This document shows, one piece after another, positions 28,662-38,439 of a DNA stretch of 64,000 nucleotides (position 1 is the stretch's first letter; each line of letters opens with the position of its first letter). The stretch is from IMG/VR virus record IMGVR_UViG_3300042558_000752, positions 4,014-68,013 of that record, one strand, 5' to 3'. Under the pieces are notes generated by a model. It searched no databases, was not told where the DNA came from, and saw only the letters and a list, made by a program, of their open reading frames with translations. The stretch is from a virus. Both the position numbers and the translations under genes were made by a program.

Positions 28662-31577
28662 ATGGCCTATGTAATTAATAAGTTTAATGGGGTGCAACTA
28701 GTGGTGCTTGATGATGGCACCTTAGATACCACCACCAGTCTAGGCCTAGTAGGCAGAAACTATGTAGGCTACGGTGAAACACAGAATGAAAATTTTGTAT
28801 TCCTCTTAGAAAATTTCGCCAACACAGCTCCGCCAGCGAGACCGTTGGTAGGACAGATATGGTTTAACACCACAAATGATACTGCCTATGCCTACGATGG
28901 CGCACAGTGGAATCCTATTGGGTCGGCTGCATCAAGTCCAACAGCACCACCTAACACCAATGCTGGTGCGCTATGGTTAAAAACTCCTATCAACCAATTG
29001 TATATATACACCGGCACAGAATGGAGATTTATAGGACCCGAGGCTGTTGAAGGGTTTGGGTCTACTAGAGCCAGAGCTGGTTCTTTAGATAATACAGCAG
29101 GTGATCCTCAGCCGGTGATCTTTTTAGAAACCAACGGTACTGTATTTGCTATCTGTACAGCCACAGCATTTGTTATAAACCCTAGTAATTCAGTCACTGG
29201 ATTCAGCAATGCCTTACAGGTAGGAATTAATTTATCCGCTACAGCCAAGATCAATGGCAGCATTACAGGAAATGCCGCTACTGCAGATCAATTATCTACT
29301 GCAAGATTGATTAATGGCGTGCCATTTAATGCTACATCGAATATCACGGTGACTGCTAATACCCCTAACTTATTGAAAAAAGGCACTTATATTTCTGGCT
29401 CTGATTTCAACGGCAACACAGAAACCACATGGAGTGTTGATGCAACATCTTCTAATAATATAGGTAAGGTAGTGGCAAGAAATTCCGAAGGTGGTTTTTC
29501 AGCAGGCACTATCACAGCCACATTTGTTGGAGATCTAACCGGTAATGTTACTGCTTCAACAGGAATCAGTACATTTAACACTGTGCAAGCCACTCAATTT
29601 ATTGGTGCTACTCTGTCAGGCAACGCAGCTTCCGCTACAAGGTTAGCCACTGCACGAACTATAAATGGAGTAGCGTTTGATGGATCTAACAGCATCACAG
29701 TACCGGCTAGTGCGGACACGTTAACTGGAACAACAATAAACGGTACAGTGACCCTGAGTTCGTTGACACAGGTAGGTACACTAAGTTCTCTAAACGTCAA
29801 TGATAGCGGAATATTTGTAGGCAGCGGAAATCAACTAAGAATGTTCGTTGATTCTAGTACTCCAACAATTAGATCTGCCACAGGACGTTTGAATTTTGAT
29901 ATGGGAGCAAGTGGTCCGGATGTCAACTTTGTGGATTCTGCAACTTCGTTAAGTCTCGGCGGTCCGAATGCTCCAGCTATCACAGGCGACAACACAACCA
30001 ATCTTGGTATAACAGGATATAAATTTAACGGTGTTTATGCTAACAACTTTTTTGGCAATGCCACCACAGCTACCCTAGCAACCACAGCTACAAATCTTCC
30101 CGGCGGCGGCCTCGGAGCTATTCCTTATCAAACAGCAGCAAACACCACTGCTATGTTAGGGCTAGGAACGGCGGGTACTGTACTTACTGCACAGGCCGGC
30201 GGCCTAGCATGGCAGACGATTGCTCAAGAATCTCTAACCAAAGGAAATTATATTTCTCTGTCAGGCACGTTAACTAGCACGATTGTAGATGCTACTGGAT
30301 ATGCTATTCCTAGTGCAGCTTGGCAGATTTTAGTAAATGATAATGATTTTTCTGGATGGATTACTATAGATACCCCAACAGGGATACCTGGATGGACTCA
30401 ATATGTTATAGTAAGACAAAATGGAAATCAAGTTGCATCGAGTTCCGATGTTGGCGCCACATCTATAATAGTAGATAGCACCACATACACTAGAAGCACT
30501 TTGCAATATCAAGGAGCGCCTGATTTTGAATTTTTCACTGCAATATATCTACAAAGATTATTAGGAAATGTTTATAATACTTCGGATTCTGATTTTTTAA
30601 ATAAATTTTTAAACGGAACACTAACGGCTTGGGTAGAAATAACACCTGCATGGAATGAAGGCGGTCCGCTACAGGGTAAACGTACAGCCGTTTATGAAAA
30701 CGGATCTATTTTAGTCTCTTCAACAACAACATTTGGGTTATATGAAACTATAAAAGATGTTCCAGCTAATATAACGTATCAGAAAGATGGATTTGTGCTT
30801 CCGGATAGATATACAACCTATACAATTGGTTCTACAACATACCAATTAAGAGGGTGGAGAATTAATAAAATACAAGGTGATCCGTTTCAGGTATCTGTTT
30901 ACCGTTATTCGATTTCAGGTCCTAATGCTTACAATTATTACGACGGATCAACAGCATTAACACTAGGAATAGATGCAGCAAGTTCTAACACAGCCAGCAA
31001 AATTGTAGCACGTGACGCCAGCGGCAATTTTGCAGCGGGTACTATCACAGCTAATCTTGTAGGTGCAGTCACAGGTAATGCTTCTACCGCAACACAATTA
31101 CAAACTGCAAGAACCATCAACGGTGTGTCGTTTAATGGCACACAGGACATAACAATCATAGCCACCGATGCTACTAAAGTAGCGTTAGCTGGCAGCACTA
31201 TGACAGGATATCTAACATTAGTTGGCGCCCCTGTTAATGCAAATCACGCTACTACCAAAACCTATGTAGACAGTAGATTACCACAGTATACTATTGTCAG
31301 TGGGGCACAATACAGTACGTCGGGATACACTAATCAAGTTGGATCATTTAACGATGGCGCAAACTTTTTTGATGTATTTCCTCCAGCAGGAAAAAGCATG
31401 GCAAATATTGTAGCATTTATACCCTCTATCCATGTAGTTCATTATGCTGGTGGTGTAGACGGCAACGACAGTATCAGATGTACGTATTCTTATCTCGGTG
31501 ATAGGATTAGAGTCTATGTGCAGAACACAGAACAACGAAGCACCCCAGCAGCAAACTATTTGGCCATTTGGAGTTAA
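28662..31577 (+). CDS. tail fibre protein with an internal inserted domain
   Basis: Shared N-terminal module; three GNA.TA..L.TAR.INGV.F repeats; AGGAG SD upstream. Confidence 0.78.
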   Translation: MAYVINKFNGVQLVVLDDGTLDTTTSLGLVGRNYVGYGETQNENFVFLLENFANTAPPARPLVGQIWFNTTNDTAYAYDGAQWNPIGSAASSPTAPPNTNAGALWLKTPINQLYIYTGTEWRFIGPEAVEGFGSTRARAGSLDNTAGDPQPVIFLETNGTVFAICTATAFVINPSNSVTGFSNALQVGINLSATAKINGSITGNAATADQLSTARLINGVPFNATSNITVTANTPNLLKKGTYISGSDFNGNTETTWSVDATSSNNIGKVVARNSEGGFSAGTITATFVGDLTGNVTASTGISTFNTVQATQFIGATLSGNAASATRLATARTINGVAFDGSNSITVPASADTLTGTTINGTVTLSSLTQVGTLSSLNVNDSGIFVGSGNQLRMFVDSSTPTIRSATGRLNFDMGASGPDVNFVDSATSLSLGGPNAPAITGDNTTNLGITGYKFNGVYANNFFGNATTATLATTATNLPGGGLGAIPYQTAANTTAMLGLGTAGTVLTAQAGGLAWQTIAQESLTKGNYISLSGTLTSTIVDATGYAIPSAAWQILVNDNDFSGWITIDTPTGIPGWTQYVIVRQNGNQVASSSDVGATSIIVDSTTYTRSTLQYQGAPDFEFFTAIYLQRLLGNVYNTSDSDFLNKFLNGTLTAWVEITPAWNEGGPLQGKRTAVYENGSILVSSTTTFGLYETIKDVPANITYQKDGFVLPDRYTTYTIGSTTYQLRGWRINKIQGDPFQVSVYRYSISGPNAYNYYDGSTALTLGIDAASSNTASKIVARDASGNFAAGTITANLVGAVTGNASTATQLQTARTINGVSFNGTQDITIIATDATKVALAGSTMTGYLTLVGAPVNANHATTKTYVDSRLPQYTIVSGAQYSTSGYTNQVGSFNDGANFFDVFPPAGKSMANIVAFIPSIHVVHYAGGVDGNDSIRCTYSYLGDRIRVYVQNTEQRSTPAANYLAIWS

Positions 31578-31579
31578 TC

Positions 31580-31936
31580 ATGCATTATGTTTGTATAGAG
31601 AATAATCTAGTAGTTAGTGTATTAAGTTACCAACCTAATGTGCCGAGTTCTGTTGCAGTGGTGGAAATCACAGATGCACAAGCTGCTCAAATAGCAGCAC
31701 AAACACATTATTTTGATGTAGCCAGCAAATCTGTTGCTGCGGTAGCGGCCGGAGTTACTGCACAGAGAGCTGCAGATGCTGCCAACGGTCAAGAACGTGA
31801 ATTTTTAAACAGCACAGATTGGAAGATTTTGCGGCATATTAGGCAGAAAGCATTGAATATTGCTACTAGTTTATCAGATGCAGAGTACATACAGCTTGAG
31901 CAGCAGCGTGAAGCCGCAGCAGCTCGTGTAGTATGA
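31580..31936 (+). CDS. putative tail fibre assembly chaperone
   Basis: Small ORF right after the fibre; FLNSTDWK..R...R..AR pattern like XkdW/Tfa-type chaperones; ATG 31580 preferred over the TTG start in the track. Confidence 0.55.
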   Translation: MHYVCIENNLVVSVLSYQPNVPSSVAVVEITDAQAAQIAAQTHYFDVASKSVAAVAAGVTAQRAADAANGQEREFLNSTDWKILRHIRQKALNIATSLSDAEYIQLEQQREAAAARVV

Positions 31937-31942
31937 CAGTAA

Positions 31943-31948
31943 TAAATA
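31943..31948 (+). promoter_or_regulatory. putative late promoter TAAATA
   Basis: AATAAATA in the intergenic gap, 22 nt before ATG 31971. Confidence 0.6.
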
Positions 31949-31970
31949 CAAGATATTAGGGGTTAACAGA

Positions 31971-33818
31971 ATGGCATATGAAGTCAACAAATTTAACGGT
32001 GTATTTTTAACGTCTGTAGCTGACGGTACTATCGACACCACTACAGATCTACGTCTAGTAGGTAAAAATTACGCAGGTTATGGTGAAGTACAGAATGAAA
32101 ATTTTGTGCATTTACTAGAAAGCTTTGCCAACACCACAGCACCACCTAAATCTGTAACAGGACAAGTCTGGTTTGATACCTCCACTAAAAAACTCAAGTT
32201 CTATGACGGATCTAGATTTAAAGTAGCAGGTGGTGCCGAAGCCAGTGCATCAGCACCCAGCGGGTTAGCCGCAGGTGATTTTTGGTGGGACACAGGAGCC
32301 AAACAGCTATACACCTATAACGGCACAGCATTTACGTTGATCGGACCAATCGCCAGCCCGGATCTAGGAACCTCGACTATCAGTCCAGCAGTGGTGTATG
32401 GAACTGTGAGTACCGCAGAAGGCCCACATACTATATTAAAGGTTATATCAGATAGCAAAACCATAGCAATAGTTAGTAAAACTGCTTTTACCCTTGACAA
32501 TAGTAAAAATGCCATAGATGACTTCACAGTAATAAAGAAAGGCGTTACACTAGCTAAATCACAGACTGGTGTTTCCACTGACGATTTTACCTTCTGGGGA
32601 ACTGCAAGCAACGCCACTAAACTGGGAGGCTTCACAGCTGACCAATACATCAAAACAGGTGAAAGCTCATTTACATCAGAAGTTAGTTTCAAAGATCCTG
32701 GCTTCCAAGTAGGTGACGGTAACGACCTTAGAATCAATGTAGAAGGCGGCAACAATGTTATAATTGAAAATCGTCTTGGTAACGACATCACATTTAGAAT
32801 CACAGTTACAGAAACCACAGATGAGCGAGACATTGCTTTAATTACAAAAACTGGTCTGATGCCTGGGGTTAGTAATGCCTATACGTTAGGATCACCGATT
32901 ACCACTGCGTATCCTCAAGGGCTACGATGGAGCAATGTCTATGCTACCACATTCACTGGCTCTTTGGTAGGTGCAGTCACAGGCGATACTACCGGTAGTC
33001 ACAAAGGCAATGTGTTGGCCAATGACAATAGTGTGATAATCAATGCTGCTACCAAACAGATAGGATTTGCTGGTGCTAATATTGTAGGAACACTAACTGG
33101 ATCTATAACCGGATCAGCTGCAACTGCTGCCACCGCGCAGTTGTTAAACGGCGTAGAGAGCAGCGCCGCAGCACAACTGATTGATCCCGACACCGGTTTG
33201 CCTATTCTTGTAGCCACAGTGGCTATACGTAGCAGTAATGGTAATCTTGTAGCCAACCAATTTGTAGGAACAGCAGACAAAGTAGACCGCACCTTTATTG
33301 ATCGCACCGATGCTAGATCTGATCCAGCTTGGGCAGACGGTACAGTCAGTACTCAGTACAGAACTGCTAGACTCACAGCCACTTCCTACAGTATAGCTGC
33401 AAGAGATATCAGCGGTGATATCACAGCTAACGTATTCAAAGGCACAGCCACAGCAGCTCGGTATGCTGACCTAGCAGAAAAATATATTGCTGATCAAGAA
33501 TATGAAACAGGCACCGTGGTAATGATAGGCGGTGAAAAAGAAGTTACTGCTGCAGATGTTAACACCCGTGCTATTGGAGTGGTATCTGCTAATCCAGCCT
33601 ATATGATGAACAGTGAATTACAAGGTGGCACTTATATTGCTCTAAAAGGTAGAGTACCATGCAAGGTATACGGTTCAGTTAGAAAGGGCGATCGGTTAGT
33701 AGCTGGGCCAAGAGGTGCAGCGATTGCAGCACATGGCAATTATGCCAATGTGTTTGCAGTGGCACTCGAGTCAACTGGTTCGGATAGTATTAGCGTAATA
33801 GAAGCATTGGTGTTATAA
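31971..33818 (+). CDS. tail fibre-like protein with C-terminal intramolecular-chaperone/peptidase G2-like domain
   Basis: Shared N-terminal module; C-terminal YADLAEKY...GTVV..GG...GVVS.NPAY.MN...ALKGRVPCKV.G...KGD.LV. Confidence 0.7.
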   Translation: MAYEVNKFNGVFLTSVADGTIDTTTDLRLVGKNYAGYGEVQNENFVHLLESFANTTAPPKSVTGQVWFDTSTKKLKFYDGSRFKVAGGAEASASAPSGLAAGDFWWDTGAKQLYTYNGTAFTLIGPIASPDLGTSTISPAVVYGTVSTAEGPHTILKVISDSKTIAIVSKTAFTLDNSKNAIDDFTVIKKGVTLAKSQTGVSTDDFTFWGTASNATKLGGFTADQYIKTGESSFTSEVSFKDPGFQVGDGNDLRINVEGGNNVIIENRLGNDITFRITVTETTDERDIALITKTGLMPGVSNAYTLGSPITTAYPQGLRWSNVYATTFTGSLVGAVTGDTTGSHKGNVLANDNSVIINAATKQIGFAGANIVGTLTGSITGSAATAATAQLLNGVESSAAAQLIDPDTGLPILVATVAIRSSNGNLVANQFVGTADKVDRTFIDRTDARSDPAWADGTVSTQYRTARLTATSYSIAARDISGDITANVFKGTATAARYADLAEKYIADQEYETGTVVMIGGEKEVTAADVNTRAIGVVSANPAYMMNSELQGGTYIALKGRVPCKVYGSVRKGDRLVAGPRGAAIAAHGNYANVFAVALESTGSDSISVIEALVL

Positions 33819-34726
33819 TGACTTCGGGAACCAACGTCTTTGCTGCACAGTATGTAGCCATTCAAGATAAAGCAGAATCGATGATAGGCCCTGGTTCTGG
33901 CACACTAGGCTATGGTCAAACTGTGCAAAGTTCTGACGTGTTTACTGGAAACGAAATTTACAAAGCACAATGGGATTTATTGCGATACGATATTGTTAAT
34001 ATAAGACTACACCAAGACGGTGTGATTCCAAGCATTGTAACAGTAAATGTTGGAGATCCTATTGGGTTCGGAGCAGCTTCTCCCAACAGTAACTATGATA
34101 CTCTTTTAGAAATAGCCCTAGCAAACCGATTTAAAATAGACGGTTCACAATCTGTTATATCTTCTAAAGGCACAGCTACCTATTCTACTGCATGGTCAAC
34201 TTCTGTTAGTCTTACACTAACAGCTACATTCGCAACCAGTGACCAGGCTAGACATTTTTTCAATAGTGGTGGTAAAGTTAGATTATCAGCATCATTAACT
34301 GGGGGATCAGGCTCACAGCAATATAATGCATGGGTTCAATTTCTTGCTTCGGCAGGCATACAATCGTTTGGCGCTGACACAAACCCACTGATAAATTATT
34401 ACACATTAACTAACAGTTATCAAACCTACTATCAAGGATCTTTGAGCACTGCATATTCTGCCAATTATTTCAGATTAGAAGCCAAAACAGATGTTGCCAA
34501 TAACTCTACTGGTACAGCCACAGTATTAACTATCCGCGCAACATTGGCCGATAGCTATGTAGATCCAGACGTAGCAACTGGTAATGTAGAACCACCCGGT
34601 GATAGTGTGGATGGAACTTTAAGTATTGATGTAACTGAACTCAAAGCAACGGGTAGTTTAGTACCGTCTGGATCTTTTACTATTACCAGCCCAGTATATT
34701 CACTTTCAGCCATCTCAGGCAGTTGA
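33818..34726 (+). CDS. putative virion structural protein (paralog of 34761-35723)
   Basis: Ser/Thr-rich; GYGQTV, ARHFFNSGG, YVDP and DSVDGT motifs shared with the next ORF. Confidence 0.6.
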   Translation: MTSGTNVFAAQYVAIQDKAESMIGPGSGTLGYGQTVQSSDVFTGNEIYKAQWDLLRYDIVNIRLHQDGVIPSIVTVNVGDPIGFGAASPNSNYDTLLEIALANRFKIDGSQSVISSKGTATYSTAWSTSVSLTLTATFATSDQARHFFNSGGKVRLSASLTGGSGSQQYNAWVQFLASAGIQSFGADTNPLINYYTLTNSYQTYYQGSLSTAYSANYFRLEAKTDVANNSTGTATVLTIRATLADSYVDPDVATGNVEPPGDSVDGTLSIDVTELKATGSLVPSGSFTITSPVYSLSAISGS

Positions 34727-34731
34727 TAATT

Positions 34732-34737
34732 TAAATA
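34732..34737 (+). promoter_or_regulatory. putative late promoter TAAATA
   Basis: Intergenic, 23 nt before ATG 34761. Confidence 0.5.
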
Positions 34738-34760
34738 CATTATAACTTAAGAGATAACAC

Positions 34761-35723
34761 ATGGCTGTAAATGATAAAATCACCGCTACAGATTACAATA
34801 ATATTAGAGGACCTCTTGCCAATATCATAGGAACAGGTACTGCTGATTCAGGGTGGGGTCAGACAGTGATCAGTTCCGCAGTATCAGAGGGAACCAAAGT
34901 CACAGCAACTCAAATTACTCAGCTTCGCAACGATATTATCAATGCACACACTCATATATTTGGCACAGCTCCTACTCCTGTATCTGTGGCAGAACACGAT
35001 GTAATTAAATTCAACGCCACAACATCTCCGGTATCCAGTTATACTGCATTAGTTAATACTATCAATGCCAACAGATTCACAGTAGCAGGTAGTCAATCTG
35101 CGGTGCAGTCGTATGCTGCATCGTCAACCACATGGCCCGGAATATACGGAACTAATTGGACCAGTCTTATCACCTGCACAATCACAGCCACATGGCCTAC
35201 TGCTGCCGCTGCTAGGCATTTTTGGAACAGTGGTGGTCAACTGAGAATCACAGCTGTTCGTTCGGGTGGCACAGGTAGCTCTCAGAACAACACTTGGTCT
35301 TCGATTCTAAGCACAGCCGGCACACGTACATTTGCTGCTCAAACACCGGCTGCAGGGGTAGCACCTAATGACGGACAAAATTGGTTCAGATGTTCTAACT
35401 CAAGACAACTATGGTATTCTTTATCTGGTTCATCACCTTATGGGTCAAACAGTTATAAAATCTATGCCAGAACCACTGATGCCGTGTCTAATTCTAATTC
35501 CAGTGGATCAGCCTCCCAGGGCGAATGGCACATAGAATTTGTTGATAATTATGTAGACCCAGGTCAACATCCTTCGAATCCTGTGCCAGACTACACTGAT
35601 TCTGTAGATGGCACATTCACAGTTTCTGTATCTGCCTTGTATGCCACCGGCATACTAGTCCCACTAGGTACTGGAAACTTTGCTGTTACATTACCTACAG
35701 TTTCGGTCAGCGCCATATCATAA
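34761..35723 (+). CDS. putative virion structural protein (paralog of 33818-34726)
   Basis: GWGQTV, ARHFWNSGG, YVDP and DSVDGT motifs. Confidence 0.6.
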   Translation: MAVNDKITATDYNNIRGPLANIIGTGTADSGWGQTVISSAVSEGTKVTATQITQLRNDIINAHTHIFGTAPTPVSVAEHDVIKFNATTSPVSSYTALVNTINANRFTVAGSQSAVQSYAASSTTWPGIYGTNWTSLITCTITATWPTAAAARHFWNSGGQLRITAVRSGGTGSSQNNTWSSILSTAGTRTFAAQTPAAGVAPNDGQNWFRCSNSRQLWYSLSGSSPYGSNSYKIYARTTDAVSNSNSSGSASQGEWHIEFVDNYVDPGQHPSNPVPDYTDSVDGTFTVSVSALYATGILVPLGTGNFAVTLPTVSVSAIS

Positions 35724-35757
35724 CTTCGTAATTCTTCTCTAGTCTATTGTCAGCCAC

Positions 35758-35763
35758 TAAATA
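35758..35763 (+). promoter_or_regulatory. putative late promoter TAAATA heading the glycosyltransferase operon
   Basis: CTAAATA 27 nt before ATG 35791, followed by an AAGGAG SD. Confidence 0.55.
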
Positions 35764-35790
35764 AAGTGCGCAGATAATCAAGGAGAAAAC

Positions 35791-36141
35791 ATGCAAGAGC
35801 AACTTAAACAGGCTCTGGATTTTGCTAACTACAAGCAAACATTTTCAATTCAGAAAAAAGTCCTTAAAGAAAAAAATGCTGCCAAATTAACTTTTGGTTT
35901 TCAGGGCGGGCTTTTTCACATCAATCAGACTCTGTTAACATTTGTAGAAATCTTAATCCTCAAAGGTAGAACTACATCAGTGGTATTGTTAGATTCTAAT
36001 CAAAATCCTATTCTCATACCTAATCTAGAAGAGTTTAGAGATGAAATATTTTCTAGATACTTTGAAGCTACTAATGAATATTTTGAAGCTGATCAAAATC
36101 TTAAAAAAAGTAGATCTGTTGAAAAGTTATTAGCACAATGA
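35791..36141 (+). CDS. hypothetical protein
   Basis: 116 aa, strong SD, ATGA overlap with the next gene. Confidence 0.7.
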   Translation: MQEQLKQALDFANYKQTFSIQKKVLKEKNAAKLTFGFQGGLFHINQTLLTFVEILILKGRTTSVVLLDSNQNPILIPNLEEFRDEIFSRYFEATNEYFEADQNLKKSRSVEKLLAQ

Positions 36142-36998
36142 CCAAAGGTATTTTAATCTATGCTCACAACAATAGGTCAGTGGACTATGCCCTGATGAGT
36201 ATTGTAGCTGGCGGCCTAGCTAAAAAACAATTACAGGTGCCTGCTTCTTTGGTCACTGATCAATCTACAGTCGATTGGATGCACGAATCAAAAATATACG
36301 ACAAAGCACAAGAAGTATTTGAAAATATCATTATCGTACCAAGACCTCCAGCAAATAACTATCGCAGACTGCACGACGGCGCCGAGTATAGCACTGTGAC
36401 ATTTATGAATGGTAACAGATATTCTGCCTGGAAACAAACACCCTACGATAGAACACTGATGATAGACGCAGATTTTTTTATATTCTCAAAGACCCTCGGA
36501 GAATATTGGGATGTTGACCATGATATACTAATAGGCGAAAGCATCAATGACATCTATGATAATAACAGACTGGGCTATTGCGACCGTTACATATCAGAGG
36601 TTGGGACTAAATTGTATTGGGCCACAACTGTGATGTTTACAAAAAATTCGTATACTAAATTATTTTTTGATCTTGTTCAGATCATACTAGACAACTATCA
36701 ATATTTTGCTGACACATATAGATTTGACTCAAAACAATACAGAAATGATGTTGCATTCAGCATAGCCAAACATATTTTAGATGGTTTTGAAAACATAGAT
36801 ACAGTATGTTTACCTCCAGTACTAACGCTGCTAGACAAAGACATACTACATGATGTAGATCAAGATAAACTTACTGTGTTGGTATCTCACAAATTAGATG
36901 CAAATTTTTGTGCAGCTACTCTCAAGGACACAGACATACACATTATGAATAAACAAAGCATAGTAAGACATATTTCAAAATTAATGGACCTTGTATGA
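36138..36998 (+). CDS. GT-A fold glycosyltransferase-like protein (GT8-like)
   Basis: TPYDRTLMIDAD DxD motif, YRND.AF, late H.MNK. Confidence 0.65.
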   Translation: MTKGILIYAHNNRSVDYALMSIVAGGLAKKQLQVPASLVTDQSTVDWMHESKIYDKAQEVFENIIIVPRPPANNYRRLHDGAEYSTVTFMNGNRYSAWKQTPYDRTLMIDADFFIFSKTLGEYWDVDHDILIGESINDIYDNNRLGYCDRYISEVGTKLYWATTVMFTKNSYTKLFFDLVQIILDNYQYFADTYRFDSKQYRNDVAFSIAKHILDGFENIDTVCLPPVLTLLDKDILHDVDQDKLTVLVSHKLDANFCAATLKDTDIHIMNKQSIVRHISKLMDLV

Positions 36999-37834
36999 AA
37001 TTTGGTTATCTAATTATAGTGGCTGAACACGAAACCATTGACTATGTGCAATTAGCTTATGGACTTGCATTGAGTATAAAAAATACACAGCGTCCAGGGT
37101 TTGATCAAGTTGCATTAGTTATAGGCAACAAACAAAAATTACAGAATATCAAAAGCGATTGGGTGTTTGATCATGTCATAGAATGGGATCAAGAAACATT
37201 TTGGGACGGCCGGTCGTGGATGGATCAACTTAGTCCCTTTGACAACACGGTATGTTTAGATGCAGACATGTTGTTCTTGAGAGACTACAGCCATTGGGCT
37301 GAATATTTTATCGAAAACAGTGAATTATATATCGCAAACAAGAGCTTTACCTATAGAGGCGAGACAGTCGTTGACCAACATTATCGCAAGACCTTTATAA
37401 AAAATCAACTACCTAATCTATACAGCTTCTATACTTTCTTTAAAAAAGACAGCGAGCTAGCTAAAGAATTTTTTGATCTTGGTAGAGATATAATTAAAAA
37501 CCCCGTGGAGTTTTCCAACATGTTTTTATCAGAATATAAGCCTAAGATACTAGGAACGGATGAAGCATTTGCTCTAGCAGCAAAGCTGTTAGATATCACT
37601 GATGTTATATCCTATGATTTAGATTTTCCTCGAGTGGTGCATATGAAACCTATGATTCAAAATTGGCCATGGCCTGCAGATGCATGGAGTGATCATGTGG
37701 GATTTTATTTGAATAAAAAAGGACAGCTGAAAATAGGAAATTATCAGCAGCAGGATATTGTTCATTATGTTGAAAAAGACAAAATGAATCGTGAAATGAT
37801 TTCAATTCTCGAGGAAATAGCATGGAAAAATTAA
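36995..37834 (+). CDS. GT-A fold glycosyltransferase-like protein (paralog of the previous gene)
   Basis: SPFDNTVCLDADMLF, GTDEAFA, VHMKP, VHY. Confidence 0.65.
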   Translation: MKFGYLIIVAEHETIDYVQLAYGLALSIKNTQRPGFDQVALVIGNKQKLQNIKSDWVFDHVIEWDQETFWDGRSWMDQLSPFDNTVCLDADMLFLRDYSHWAEYFIENSELYIANKSFTYRGETVVDQHYRKTFIKNQLPNLYSFYTFFKKDSELAKEFFDLGRDIIKNPVEFSNMFLSEYKPKILGTDEAFALAAKLLDITDVISYDLDFPRVVHMKPMIQNWPWPADAWSDHVGFYLNKKGQLKIGNYQQQDIVHYVEKDKMNREMISILEEIAWKN

Positions 37835-38439
37835 TTGATTTTGATCAATGGTATCTGAATTACGAATTACCGCCGGTACAGTTTGTAGCTGTATTTGATC
37901 CAAACACAGGCTTGGTCCTAAGTGTTGGCCCTAGTCATGCATTTGTAAATGAAAAAAACAAGATTCCTATTGACGATGAATTAGCTCTATCTATAATAAA
38001 TGCAGAAGTGAAAATTAGCAATTGTGTAGTGGATATTAATTCTAATACTGTAGAAATCGCTGAAATAAAAAGTGTTTTTAAAATAGACGATGTCTTACAT
38101 AGGATTATCAGTAAGAAAGATTCTGAATTAAAACTGCATGATGTTTATCTCAAACATGATTCAAAAACTAACTGTCTAAAGATAGAGCTATCTGTGGAAT
38201 ACGGTGGTACTAAAAAATCACGTGCCGGTCTCAAAAAACGCAACATAGTTTGGGATGGTGATACCGAAATGTTGTTTTTTATCACAGACTACAATGATCC
38301 AAATGTGCTTTTAGAGACTGTATCTGTAAAAATCAATGAACTATTAGGTACCGCAAAAATAATACCTAACATTAATTTTACTAAATTTAGTGTATATACT
38401 AGACGAATCTTTAAGAAATATGTGATTGAATATAAATGA
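37822..38439 (+). CDS. hypothetical protein
   Basis: 205-aa ORF overlapping both neighbours in the operon. Confidence 0.6.
   Translation: MEKLIDFDQWYLNYELPPVQFVAVFDPNTGLVLSVGPSHAFVNEKNKIPIDDELALSIINAEVKISNCVVDINSNTVEIAEIKSVFKIDDVLHRIISKKDSELKLHDVYLKHDSKTNCLKIELSVEYGGTKKSRAGLKKRNIVWDGDTEMLFFITDYNDPNVLLETVSVKINELLGTAKIIPNINFTKFSVYTRRIFKKYVIEYK

Noticed and set aside
30255-30935. Fibre insert as an intein or intron
   Set aside because: No C-terminal HN-C/S/T junction, no LAGLIDADG or HNH motif, and the frame is continuous.
668-33307. Many long antisense or alternate-frame ORFs in the track (for example 668-1369, 27109-27903, 32315-32833)
   Set aside because: They lie wholly opposite well-supported genes, lack SD sites and motifs, and are expected shadows of codon bias.
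24678-35723. Diversity-generating retroelement or invertible fibre switch
   Set aside because: No reverse transcriptase or recombinase, and I saw no near-identical TR/VR pair or inversion repeats in the window.
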